A stretch of DNA of 63,340 nt, the filler included, from Licmophora abbreviata (taxonomy: Eukaryota): the NCBI GenBank assembly GCA_900291995.1. It is 10 parts of 10 records of this genome, joined end to end, with 100 filler letters (N's around TTAATTAATTAA, not from the genome) between each part and the next. Parts side by side here need not be neighbours in the genome. Positions count along the whole stretch, not along the records: positions 42,257 to 50,577 come from OLMU01002376.1; positions 50,678 to 54,254 come from OLMU01002377.1; positions 54,355 to 56,309 come from OLMU01002379.1; positions 56,410 to 57,489 come from OLMU01002380.1; positions 57,590 to 59,290 come from OLMU01002381.1; positions 59,391 to 63,340 come from OLMU01002384.1; 4 more parts are not named here. One strand, given 5' to 3'. This document shows, piece by piece, positions 47,081 to 63,009 of this stretch; position 1 is the stretch's first letter, and each line of letters starts with the position of its first letter. A program made the translations under genes and the position numbers. The notes below the pieces were generated by a model that was not told where the DNA came from, ran no database searches, and was given only the letters and a program-made list of their open reading frames with translations.

Positions 47081-47740
47081 CTATTCTTTACCACTCAGGA
47101 CCGCTTTCACGATTTTTTCACAACTTCGTTCCAGGTCATATGCTTCCAAGCGTATGCATTTCGACTTTCCACAGTTCTTCTGGACCATATCTTCGCACTC
47201 TTTGACTCGATTCTTCTTCATTGTGTTGGCGCCCGGTGACACTGCCTGGAGATCCTCATCAGTCGGTGAAACTGTAATCTGCAATGCACCCCGGTTAAAC
47301 TGAAGCGACTCCCTGACGATCCGCTCCGTTGCCATGGTCCGCTGCTGTGTATACCCTCCTACTAGATTAACCACTACATCAGCCGACTTCAGGGTATCTT
47401 CTTGCCACCCCATCCAGTCGCATCCAACAATATCCAACAAATCTCCTCCATCCCAGTCACGAATTCCTACGTGCAAATTCTTGTTCAAATAGGATTCTCC
47501 TGCCCATCCGAAGTCTTTTGTGACACGTGAGGGTGCCGAAGCGAGGAAGGCGTTCCGAGAGAGGATCGTCACATCGTGATCGAATAGCTTCGACGCAACC
47601 AGCTTTCCAAGGGGCCCTGTTCCGCCTGGAATGACCACATTCAACGACACTACACCCGGAATAGACGAAAACAGTAAGGAGACTAAGAAAGTAAGTCGAA
47701 ACATGGACTCGAGAAAGCCGCAGTCAGATGACAGGGCCAT
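47081..47740 (-). CDS. NAD(P)-binding Rossmann-fold protein with signal peptide
   Basis: NVVIPGGTGPLG, DVTILSR, ADVVVNLVG. Confidence 0.7.
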   Translation of the reverse strand: MALSSDCGFLESMFRLTFLVSLLFSSIPGVVSLNVVIPGGTGPLGKLVASKLFDHDVTILSRNAFLASAPSRVTKDFGWAGESYLNKNLHVGIRDWDGGDLLDIVGCDWMGWQEDTLKSADVVVNLVGGYTQQRTMATERIVRESLQFNRGALQITVSPTDEDLQAVSPGANTMKKNRVKECEDMVQKNCGKSKCIRLEAYDLERSCEKIVKAVLSGKE

Positions 47741-48228
47741 GGTCAAACAGTAGACGCCTTATGCATAAGGCAGCATCAGCGCATCATCAGAAGACGCGAG
47801 TGCGCCGCGAGCTCCGCGCTCTACCAGCCAAATGGCGATGAATGAATCGAACCTATCACATCACACTACCTGGTAGTCTAGGATCCAATCTCTCCACCCA
47901 GGATGATGATGGCGTTGCCGGTTTCAAAGCTGGAAACTGTATCGTGGTTGTGACTTTTCGGACAGGTAGGTTGTAGCCTCTTTGCTACAGCAAAAGCAGG
48001 CAGGGTCTGTGTACACGACACTGAATACGTCGACGGTCGACTGGCAAAAACGGGTGCAGGGAAAATCGAGTTTCTATCAAGCGTTAGTCGCCTTCGATAC
48101 GTTAGCCATGAACTCTCGATCTTCACTCCACGACAGTCCTCATGACTTTCAAACTTTCATTATGATTCTTTCCGCATCAAGGATCTAGTAGACTCTTCCT
48201 AAGAACCCTCGAGAGAACATAGCCTGTT

Positions 48229-48585
48229 CTATCCTTCCCTATCCAGCTTCTGCAATTGAACTTTCAGCCGATCGCTCACTTTGGTCGCCTTACTTTCCTT
48301 CTTATTTCTTTCCCGCGCTTGTTGCTTCAGCTCCTTGGTTCCTTGTTGCTGAACATCCGTTAGAAAGAACCTTCCCCCGGCATTGATCGCTTGGGCTGAT
48401 GCCAACGCCTCGTTTCGCTTGCTGATAATTTTTGAGGTCTCCGTTTCCCGACGTGCTACATGCGCCTTCCGACCCTTGGCTGCATGATGCTTCCAACCTT
48501 TGGAAGGTTTTCTGAGGGCCTTTCGCTTCTGCGATCCTCCCGATTTCTTCGTCTTGCCCAGCTTGAGTTTTGCTCCCTGTGCCAT
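48229..48585 (-). CDS. Small basic protein, UPF0390/DUF2462 (C19orf53-like)
   Basis: MAQG start, Lys-rich, KG...A.K pattern, 118 aa. Confidence 0.6.
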   Translation of the reverse strand: MAQGAKLKLGKTKKSGGSQKRKALRKPSKGWKHHAAKGRKAHVARRETETSKIISKRNEALASAQAINAGGRFFLTDVQQQGTKELKQQARERNKKESKATKVSDRLKVQLQKLDREG

Positions 48586-48947
48586 TTCTATCTCTGTTGT
48601 TATTGACGTTGTCAGGTACTCAGTGTTGTCTCTCTCTCTTCAAGTTAATGAACGCTCTTGTAACTTCACGTGGACGGGTTCTCTTTCCAGTCGCAGTGTC
48701 GTCGCATTGTGTTTTCTGGATGCCATTGTTGTCACCTGATGACGCGCGGGGCGACGCCGCGGCGGTCGACGGTGTGTCGTCGTCTTCGGGCGTCTTTTTT
48801 GGTTGGCACAGGTCGCTCTGAGAGTCTGTCTGGCGTCCGCAAAACGCAGCTGCCGACCATGACGAGGGTTGCGCCATCCACTTTGTCGCGGTGCCTGGCG
48901 TTCTGTTCAATTACCACTTTGCAGCAGTCCCGTCGACAGGAATAACC

Positions 48948-49302
48948 ATGATTATCCCTGTGCGTTGCTTTACATGTGGAAAAGTGATTGGCAATAAATG
49001 GGAGACGTATTTGAGTCTCTTGCAGGCAGACTTTTCGGAAGGGTAAGATTGGCCCATGTTTCGAGTCGGCGTGGCGGTTGTGCTGCTGCTGATGGCGCTG
49101 CACTGTAGGGTTCTATTGTCGTTTGAATTTTTCTGTGTTCTCACTGTCGCGCTTCTACTTCATGGACAGTGATGCACTGGATGAGCTGGGACTCAAGAGA
49201 TATTGTTGCCGTAGAATGATGCTGACACACGTGGACCTGATTGAAAAGCTACTGAACTACAACACCGAGAGCTCCGACGCAGCTGCCATGCAAGAAGGAT
49301 GA
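48948..49302 (+). CDS. RPB10: RNA polymerase I/II/III shared subunit RPABC5; intron 49043-49169
   Basis: Not in the ORF track. Manual translation: [63 protein letters not shown]. Confidence 0.97.
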
Positions 49303-50051
49303 GAAAATTTCTGGATGAGCGAAGAACATGACAATGGAGGGGATGGGAAACTTCAGATACTGATGTAGAACAACGTATTCAATGAGGCGTGTATTCAGAC
49401 TGTCGTTTGCTATTGGTTGTTGGCTTCGTCGTCTGGAGGCCATCGCTCAGGGCGCAATGTCACTTTAAGAGAAAACGGTTCTTTATTCTGCTGGTATTGT
49501 AGTTCACCATCCAATTCGTTCAGGATAATGTGCGCGTCGCTAAGATGAATCGGATAGCAATCACCCGCACCGGACCTCCAGCCACACAGTGTGGTTGGGC
49601 CGGCAGAATGTCGAGATGCTCCCCTTGCGAACTTTCGTTCAACCTTATGAAAGTTTTGCGTCCACCTGCGAAAGCAAATTTGATGTAGCTTGTCGCTCTG
49701 TGTTGAGCATCTTTTCTTGAAATGAACATCAACTCGAATCGAATCGAATCAAGCTCGTTTCCACTCTTGCTGGGTGGAATCCGGAGTTCCAAACTCAACA
49801 AGTTGGGTCTTGTTTGAAACCATCGGAGAACCAATCATTTCGAGCTCCGTAGCATTCTACGTCGTAAGTACAGATCAGTCTTCCGTAGATTCTACGTAGA
49901 ATACTATGGGATTCAGGTCGAAGCGCGGAGAATTCGTCTCTATTCAGTGCGGTTCGCGGTACCACTACCACACAAACTCACAGACCAGCCGCAAGCAAGA
50001 CGACGTGGTGAGCATCACGTTCCTCCCTTCCCTTTTCTCTTTCCCCCTCTA

Positions 50052-53000
50052 ATGCATGAACCTGATGCCGCTCCTCAACGTAATGATGACAAATCGAAAC
50101 TAGAAGAGAATGACAAGGCAGAGACAGTCGCTGCCTTGATGGATCTCGTGAGCGGTGCCGGAGGTGGGACTGCTACAGAAGCGAGTACTGGCGGCACCGT
50201 AGAGACGATTGCTGCCTCGACTGTGTCGGAACCAATGGAATTGGACGAACCAAAAATGGCCAACGGTGATGGTGTTGACAAGAAAGGGGAGAATGGCATC
50301 GGTGTGGAGAAAGAGGCAGAAATACCGGAAAATGGTGCTGGGGATGGTACCGCTACTCCCGGAGAGGCACCTCGCGCTGAGAACAAGGTAGCCGAGGGCG
50401 ATTCTTCACAGTTTGAGGACGCGGACAATACTTCGAGTGCTTCCAATGCGGCTGGGGAAACGGAGCAAGCGAATGAAAATGAAACTGAACCGAAAACCGC
50501 TGCGGAAAAAGAAAACGAGGGCGAGTCGGCGACCTCGGTTGAGGAGCCGTCGGGCTCAGACGAAGCTGTGCCGATGGNNNNNNNNNNNNNNNNNNNNNNN
50601 NNNNNNNNNNNNNNNNNNNNNTTAATTAATTAANNNNNNNNNNNNNNNNNNNNNNNNNNNNNNNNNNNNNNNNNNNNGGCCATGGGGGAAGCAGACATTC
50701 ACGATGAAAAGAAGGAGGAACCAGACGAGGCTCTAGCAGAATCCGCGGATATTGCAATGACGAACCCAGCGGCATCGGAATCGTTGCCAGTGATCCAGCC
50801 TGTTGCCACGACTCAAGCGTCGGAGGGAACAACCGTTGCTGCAATCGAGCATGAGGGCGAACATATAGATTCTTCGATGGGAGACGATGCTGGTGGCAAG
50901 GAAGGCACTGTCGCAGGCACGGAGAGCTCAGAAGCCGTGGGGGAGGGCGATACCGCTTCTAACCCAGCTGTGGACTCTTCCACAGCGACCCTCGTCGATG
51001 CTCCTGGGCCTTCTACTTCTGACAAGGCCGATGCCTCCACGGCGGCACCTGCTGCTGCTGAGACTGCTGGCCCTGTGACTTCTGCTGCTCCAGCTCCCCC
51101 GCCGCCTCCAGTGTTACGGGGCACTCTTTCGTTCAATAAGGAACACCGTCGGCATATCATTCGTGGTATGTGGAACTACGAGAATTCTACTACGTTGGCT
51201 CCTCAGCGATTTGAATTGTCGCGCAACCTGAATTCTAAAGAGGAGGTGACCGAGCTTCCACAGGATGGAGAGTTTCACGGATCCTTCAGCTTGGCATACA
51301 TTCACACTACGTCAAAGGGCAAGAAGAAGGAGCGCAGCAAAGTCATCCCTGAGAGCGGTGTGAATGTCAAATTTACAAAGATAGAAGGCAAGGCTGGAGA
51401 GTTCAAGATGGATGGAAAGGGCTCGAACCAGTTCGGGATCTTCCATATCAATGGTACAGCAACGGAAAGCACTCACGAGGAAGACCCAACATTTGACATC
51501 GTTCTTCGGAAGCGTTACGAGCCCTCGACGGTCTCTGCTCCACCAGCAAGTGCATCCTCGAGTGGCGAGATAGACGTAGGAAATGATAAGACACGGAAAC
51601 TGAGTGCACCTGAAGGACCCAGCCGTGTGGGTGAAGAGGAGAAGGAGGACGGAGAAGGTCCTTTGCCCCCACCTTCAGAGTCATTCCCTTCGGGTACTGT
51701 CTGCCTTCGTGGAAAGCTGCATCGTGAGCAATCAGATGATCTTGGAGCAACGGAAGTTGTGCACAGAATTAGTGGACTGTGGTCGTCTGGGCTGGATCTG
51801 ATTTTGGCGGATCCGCAGAATGTCAGAGGTCTCTGCAACCGGTTCGAGTACGAGCATAAGTGTTCGGTTCCGAACAAAATATTCCCTATTTCTGGACGAT
51901 ACATTGGCTGGTTCAAGCTAACCAACGAGGACGGAACGCGCCCTCAGATCCCTGATCGAGATTTGACTTTAAGATTCCGAAAGAACAACGCTGGATACCA
52001 CAACGTTGAGGGCCGTGGAAGCAACGCCTTCGGAAAATATACAATCACCGGAACGTTGACAGTGGACCATGTGATAACCATCTTCCGTCATTTCCAGCCA
52101 CGCAAGGTGAAGGCGAAACAGGGCCGCTCCGGATCGATCTCTGGTGAAGCGAAGGTGAAAGCAAGTCTCGCCCCGCTGCCCGAGCCAACCTTAAAACTTG
52201 AAGACGTAGAGGCGCCAGCAGTCGATATTGACGCTGATTCGCTTGAGCCGATCCCGCCGCCTGCGAACGGCATGTACTCCGTTGTCTCTAGAGGCGTTCT
52301 TCGGTTGAATGACGACGGGTCACACACCTGTCAGGGGAAGTGGGCGGTCACACGGGATCACTTCAACAATGGACAGACCAGCAGCTTTCAATTTCGCCTC
52401 GAGGCTCATTTCGCCGCAGAGGCGCTTGCCGAGCAGAAGAAGAGCAATGGGGACGAGACTGGCACTACGAAAGAGCCGAGCATTTTGTCCTTGTCTGCGG
52501 CCCCTCTTGGAAGCACGGCATTTCCTGTCGATTCCGGCTCCTACAAAGGATCTTTCCAGATGCGACGTGGTACAACGAAGTATACAAGAGTCATTGACCA
52601 GCAGGTTGTCCTTCGATTTAGAAAGAACAAGGCTGGGTCGTACAATGTTTACGGGAAAGGTACAAACAATATTGGCGTGTTCAAATTGGTAGGGACCCTT
52701 ATTCTCAGCGGAAAGAGCAGTGGCCATGTCGAACTGTACCGCGTTTATCCGCAAGCACCAGCGCCCGCTCCGTCTGCAAAACCTGGAGAATTGGTTACCG
52801 CCGTCAAGACAACGAGCAAGCCAAAGTCAGGGAAAGGGTCTCTTCCAGGGAGTATGTCCTTCCCTGGTCCTCCCCGGCCTTCTCTTGTCCGCCGCGAGTC
52901 GTCAAGGTTGACGAAGCTGCCCTCGAAGCTTGAAGACGACGACCCGGAAGCTCAGATAGCTCGATCGATGGAAAAATGTGACCAAATTCTTCATCAAATG

Positions 53001-54254
53001 CAGAGTGAAGACATTGCTGCCGGTGCATTCTTCGCCAGACCGGTGGATACTGTCGCTCTGCGACTGCCGACGTATCATCAGATCATTACTCGTCCGATGG
53101 ACCTTGGCACGATTGAAAAGAAAATGAATGCAAAAGAGATCGTTAATCCGGAACAATTCGGAAAGTTTGTACGACTCGTCTTTGAGAATGCCATGGCCTT
53201 CAATATCGAACCGACGCACCCTGTACATCAGGCCGCGCGAAATCTTCTTATTCTTTTCAACCAAAAGTTTCGTGATATTGAACGAACTGTGGAGGGCATT
53301 CGCAGGACGCACAAGCCATCCGAAGCGGAACTTGCTCGACTCAGGAAAGAGCGCGAAGAGGAGAAAAGGCTTAGAAAGAAAGGCGATAAGAAGCGCCGCA
53401 GGTCGGGTGCGCAGGGCGGGATGTCAAAGAAGGCCCGGCTTGAAGAAGCGCAGGCCATGGCTACGTCTAATGCCAGCTCCATGGCTGCTGTCGTGGCTGC
53501 AGCACCTACATCTGCTACCCCAGGAGGCACCGTTACGCGCGCGGAATTCAACATGATGCTTCAGATGATTCAGCAGCTGCAAGGACAAGTAGTGAGAACC
53601 TTCAACGCTATCGCCAATCTCTCACCCGTCGTTGAACCCGATGACTCGCAGTCTACCGGTGCAAGTGTCGATAACGATTCCATCTTCGCGCCACCTGTGG
53701 AGATCTCCCGTGGCACGAAGAAGAAAAAGAAAATGTCAAAACCAGCGGAGAAACAGAAGGGGGCCAGCGTAGAAGAGCTGAAACCGCTCACTCTCAAGGA
53801 ACAGGAGGAACTTACTCATTCGATCAATGAACTTGCGCAAGATCATTTGCAGGAATTATTCGAAATCATTCGTGAGTCAACTGATCTTTGCGACGAAGAC
53901 GAGATTGATCTCGAAATCGAACAGCTGGACACTGCGACACAACACAAATTGCTGCGCTTTGTCAATCAGGTAAGAATTGTGATTTTTCGCAGCACTCGCT
54001 GTGGCTGGGAAGTCGTTCTTTGCAAAGCCGAGAGCTCAATGTTGCCGTATCGTTGGAAACTATAGCATTCTAAGCCAGCGAAACGGTCAAAGTCGAAGAA
54101 ACCAAAGACACAGAAGGGCCGCTCCGCCGCGCCTGTGGGGTCAAGGAGCGCACCGCAAGCCAAGAAACCGGTTGCAGTGCCTCAGGCAGCTCCAGATTCC
54201 TTGTTTGCGTTCGGCGCCAACGACGATAGTGATTCAGACTCGGGCGATGAGGTC
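50052..54254 (+). CDS. Bromodomain + ET (NET) domain protein (BET/GTE-like) with acidic N-terminus and three internal beta-rich repeats; intron 53970-54065; 3' end lost at spacer
   Basis: FFARPVD...PTYHQIITRPMDLGTI...VRLVFENAMAFN; ET domain PLTLKEQEELTHSINEL...EIDLEIEQLDTATQHKLLRFV. Confidence 0.85.
50578..50677. other. Artificial contig spacer inside the BET gene
   Basis: N44-TTAATTAATTAA-N44; acidic coding sequence on both sides. Confidence 0.97.
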
Positions 54255-54354
54255 NNNNNNNNNNNNNNNNNNNNNNNNNNNNNNNNNNNNNNNNNNNNTT
54301 AATTAATTAANNNNNNNNNNNNNNNNNNNNNNNNNNNNNNNNNNNNNNNNNNNN
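54255..54354. other. Artificial contig spacer hiding much missing sequence (BET 3' end, most of ATR)
   Basis: Both flanking genes are truncated. Confidence 0.95.
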
Positions 54355-57105
<2,751 letters not shown>

Positions 57106-57214
57106 ACAAAACAGTACATTGCATGCCATACCTACAGTAGAGTACAATACAACCATTTACAAAAACAGCACTCCTCTCCTGTGGTCATTTTTCCTTGTTC
57201 ACTCATCATCATCA

Positions 57215-58469
57215 TCAGTCGCGCATATCCCAGTGCTTTTCTCCTCGCCCTTCCATCAACTCTTCCGGCGCCTTGCGCGATTCGTTGTTGTAGGCCGTGG
57301 CTCCAATCAGCGCAGCCACCAAACCAAAGTATCCCCCTGTCAGTATGCCACGCTGCATACCGCTAATGCGGTAGTAGTGAGGTGGGACAGAGGCGGGATT
57401 GTAGAATCGTTGAAAGGTTTCATAGGCGCCTGCGAGCCAAATCAAGTAAAAGATGGGATTGAAAATCGTGGCATTGTAAATCATGGCACNNNNNNNNNNN
57501 NNNNNNNNNNNNNNNNNNNNNNNNNNNNNNNNNTTAATTAATTAANNNNNNNNNNNNNNNNNNNNNNNNNNNNNNNNNNNNNNNNNNNNATGGCACCGCC
57601 AACGCCCAGTCCAGCAACACCGGCATAGCGAGACAAGGCACCGGCAATGCGACCCCCGTCCATAGAGCCGATGGGCAGTAGGTTGAAGAGATTAAGCATG
57701 TATCCAAAGTCGGCCAGTGCATAGAGCAATTGCGAATCTGTCACGTGTCCTCCAACCGTACAGGCCACAGCCCCCATGCTGCCCAAGATGGGTCCACCAA
57801 AGGCCACAAGCGCTTCCTCCCACGCATCCCCAGGACGGCGTTTCATAACTATTCCCGCCCCCACAAAGGGAATAAAGACCATGGGCGAAAAGGGAATCTT
57901 GCGCTGCAGCAGGACGAGGAGGTGTCCGCATTCGTGTACCAACACCAATCCCACCATACCGACCGCATAGGGCAACCCGAAAAAGATGGAATAGGTGCCG
58001 ACCGTGACGAGCATGCTGCCCAGAGACGCAAGTTTGGTCAGTTTCATGGCACCCAGAATGTACTTTCCCTTGCCTGCGAGCAGAACCGCCGACGTCCCAA
58101 GCATGGTGATGCCTTGAACGAGCTTGTTGGGATTTCGAGTGGGGGGCGACCCGAGGAAGAAAATGGCGAAATGGACGAAGCAACAAGGTGCACCGACAGT
58201 GATGGGAAAGGTGACGGCGTTGCCAAAGCAAGACTCGTCCGGAACGATAGTCTAGTAGACTCTCGGGTGACAGCCTTATTCATGAGTCGGACTCGCATCG
58301 ATGGCGCAGTTCGATTCATCGTCAAGAGGGCCCTCGGTGAACGCGAGAACGATGAAGCGTAGCTGATGGCCGAGGATGATAATGATCCTGACGCGATCCG
58401 CGACGCCGAAAGGCACCCCTTCTCAATGAGGATGCCACTCGTCCTCTTCCTCAAGATGGCTCCAATCAT
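57215..58469 (-). CDS. Site-2 protease family intramembrane metalloprotease (peptidase M50) with mitochondrial-type leader; spans a spacer; apparent frameshift at 58141-58146
   Basis: HECGH (HExxH), AFGGP, NLFNLLPIGSMDGG; Arg/Ser-rich N-terminus in the adjacent frame. Confidence 0.85.
57490..57589. other. Artificial contig spacer with overlapping flanks
   Basis: ATGGCAC on both sides. Confidence 0.95.
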
Positions 58470-58713
58470 GGCTCTACTCTTTACTCGAATCAAGTTGTTG
58501 TTGGCGTTTGGGAGAGTTATGCCGGTCTTTGTGTGAAGTGCAGTGTCGCTCTCACACCACAGCGCAGAGCATCACATTTTGCCATCGGCAGGCAGCACGC
58601 AGTCACAAGCTCCAGCGCGAGCTATAGCGGTGTGGATCGATCTCGGGACTATCACTCAACTACACTCAACTAGTACACGAACCTATCCTTCAATGATTAC
58701 GCCGTCTATGCCT

Positions 58714-59290
58714 TCATAGAATATAGGCCTCTACATACTCATCCGAGTAGCGCAATAGCAACTCCTCCCCAACGCCAATATCTCTCCTGCATACAATCAT
58801 AACTCGTGGCAGTTCCTCCACATAGCATGTCTTCATGACAACATTCGGCTCTTTCGCAATGCCCTCGCAATGGTTTATGAACCGACACTCGTTGCCGCAT
58901 CTTCTTGCATCCACACCCAGAGCATACTTTTTCTTATTGTTATTCAGAAGCTCGTCTGGATGTTCCAAATACGTTGCATACTCCCCTCCATCATCACTGT
59001 CGTAGACTTCTCCACAATACTCTCCTACTATATCAAAGATCCGAAAGGCTTTCGCCGCAAAGAGTCCGTGTTGTCCCGCGAGGATATGAGGAGGGAAGAG
59101 TCCTCGGATTTCCACTCCATAAATGTAGGCTTTCGATGCTCGTTTGCGCAGCATTCGACCCTCCCGACTACGAGGCCATGTGTTGGAAGCAACATGTTTG
59201 ACTTGGTAACGTGAGGAGTTTGGTACAGCAGGATCATCAAAATACAAAGCGTTTGCATTCCACAAATCTTCTTGGTCTTGTTTGGACAGC
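58714..59290 (-). CDS. SET domain lysine methyltransferase, 3' part (5' end lost at spacer)
   Basis: GLFA, IVGEYCGEV, VDARRCGNECRFINH, GEELLLRY. Confidence 0.85.
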
Positions 59291-59390
59291 NNNNNNNNNN
59301 NNNNNNNNNNNNNNNNNNNNNNNNNNNNNNNNNNTTAATTAATTAANNNNNNNNNNNNNNNNNNNNNNNNNNNNNNNNNNNNNNNNNNNN
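59291..59390. other. Artificial contig spacer hiding the 5' ends of two divergent genes
   Basis: SET and CDC48 genes are both N-truncated. Confidence 0.95.
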
Positions 59391-60919
<1,529 letters not shown>

Positions 60920-61047
60920 AGTACTAGATGTGGGATTGTTGAGATTTGCCATCGCTTGTGTTGTAGTCTGTGGTTATTAATCGAGTCTCAGAGAATGAAT
61001 AATGATATGAGAGAGCGCAGAGTCGGGAAATTGTTGTGGTTCATCTG

Positions 61048-62099
61048 TTACTCTTTTCCTGTTTGTCCCCAGTTGGTCCAGGATGCAGTGTAGGAACTAA
61101 AGACAAATGCCCCCGCAGCCTTAAGTGCTTCGTGGCACGGCGAGTCTGCAAAGCCGTCCCAGTGCTCGTCGGCTTTTCGAACAAGCTGGTCGTTACAGAT
61201 GTGATCATTGGAAATTCCTTTGAAATCCCATTCGACGGGAGTAACTTGTTCCCACGGAACGACTCGGATACGTCCATGCTCCGCATCTTTTTGTTTGAAA
61301 TACGAAGACAATCCGTCGGGACCAAAGCTCTTCCCATGCTCGATGAAATCCTGCCAAAACGATTCACCAGGCCGTCGTGTGAATGCATACTCCATGGCCA
61401 ATTTCGCATTCGCCTCAGGGTGTCGTCCCTGCAGTAGTATGTTTGCGTCTCGGTACTCGTCGGCATCGTAGAGTTCTCGTTGACTTCGAAGTGGACAGAC
61501 GTCCATATCATGATACAAACCACCGTAGTAGTACATGTACATGGCTCGGCTAAAGTCCACCTTGTCAATCGCTCCCAATCTATGTCCCTGCTGTCTGTAT
61601 TGTTGAGCCACCCGTGGCCCGATGCACTCCGAGAGTAGTTCGTTTGTCTCGTCCGTCCAGAACACATGCGTAGTATCGGTATGCAGTGTGAGCCACTGAT
61701 TCCAGAAGAAGGTCCAGCCTGGAGGCCACTTGGACTGGTCTCCAGTCTTGTAGGAAGAATGAAAGTATTGCATTGGATTTCCCGTATCAGCATCATCCGT
61801 GCTGAGGCTTCGTGGTGGCAGACAGTCGCAAGAATCGACGCAGTTCCAGGCAAAGACGGTGCTGTTGTTATTCTTAAGAACAGGCACAGAACTCGGATCG
61901 ATCTCTACGTTTAGGGACACGGAATCGCGCAATGGGATGTGTGCAATGGATGTCTCAAGATCTGCAGTGGCGGAGGATGATGGTGCCGGTCGACTTGTCG
62001 TCGTCGTCGTCATAGTTTGGACCGAAAGATGAAGACTGTTACAGCCGTGCAGTACACACCCATTGCCACCAAGGTGAATCTACTGCGAAGAACGGCCAT
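61048..62099 (-). CDS. Glycosyltransferase, GT32/DXD sugar-binding family, type II membrane; apparent frameshift near 62016
   Basis: FHSSYKT, FWTDE, DFSRAMYMYYYGGLYHDMDV; upstream TM anchor MAVLRSRFTLVAMGVYCTAVTVFIFRSK is one base out of frame. Confidence 0.78.
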
Positions 62100-62460
62100 G
62101 GAGACATGACGAGAAGCAAGGAAGAGAAGACAGCACAGGGCACGGTCCGCCCCATGGTGTGCACCTTAGGTACAGCGAAGCATCCGAAGAAATCAATCGC
62201 GCGGCCGATTCGATGATCGATCCGTGTTCTACGACACGCCCTAAATGAGATGCGCCAGCCTGGAATCCGTAATGATGTCATGTACGAACTCACCATACGC
62301 GCGCGAACTTCCAACAAAACGCGCGCCTCACCGATCCCGGATTCGGTTCGCGCTTCGCAAAAAAGAACATGTCACTTTTTGCTCACACACACTTGACCAC
62401 ACAACAACAACGTTGTGTTGCGACAGCTGTCTACCAGGTACCCGATTCTGCTCCACCACC

Positions 62461-63009
62461 ATGCCGGCAAACATTGATGAACTCATCAAGCAGGTTATTT
62501 CCCAGCTCAACTTGGACGAGGAAGTCGTCAAGAAGGCAATTGGGGCTGTGATCACGTTTCTAAAGGAGAACGTCGGTGAAGATTTCGACTTTACGGAAAA
62601 TATCCTCAAGCAACTCCAAGGATCCGACACACTGGTGGAAGAAGCCAAACGTGAGCGGGAGGCGCCCCGGGAAGGAGGATCATCTTCCGCCACTAGTGCG
62701 AGCGGCATCATTAGCATCATCAAGACGATCCTCGGTCTGATCCCAAATTCGATCTTGGATATCTTCAAGAATCTGCTCACTTCGTTCTTTGGCGAGAATG
62801 CTCTCAAAATGATCGAATCGGCGGGAAGTGGAGCGGAGGTCGTCGCAACGATGGACAGGCTCGGTGTTTCGAAAGAGCAGGCTTCCACAATGGTCCAGAT
62901 GCTTGTTGGCTTCATGAAGACGAAGCTTGGGGATGAAGTAGTCGACCAGATTACGGAACAGGTGCCTGTGGTGAAGAAGTTCCTGGACTCTGCAAAGAAA
63001 GAAGAATAA
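62461..63009 (+). CDS. Small helical protein resembling bacterial DUF2267/DUF2780-type proteins
   Basis: IDELIKQV...KKAIGAVITFLKE...LGVSKEQ...FMKTKLGDEVVDQITEQVP pattern; intronless. Confidence 0.55.
   Translation: MPANIDELIKQVISQLNLDEEVVKKAIGAVITFLKENVGEDFDFTENILKQLQGSDTLVEEAKREREAPREGGSSSATSASGIISIIKTILGLIPNSILDIFKNLLTSFFGENALKMIESAGSGAEVVATMDRLGVSKEQASTMVQMLVGFMKTKLGDEVVDQITEQVPVVKKFLDSAKKEE

Noticed and set aside
49303..49946. Possible ncRNA or small ORF (49520-49834) between RPB10 and the BET gene
   Set aside because: No tRNA, snRNA or snoRNA box pattern recognised; the ORF has no motif
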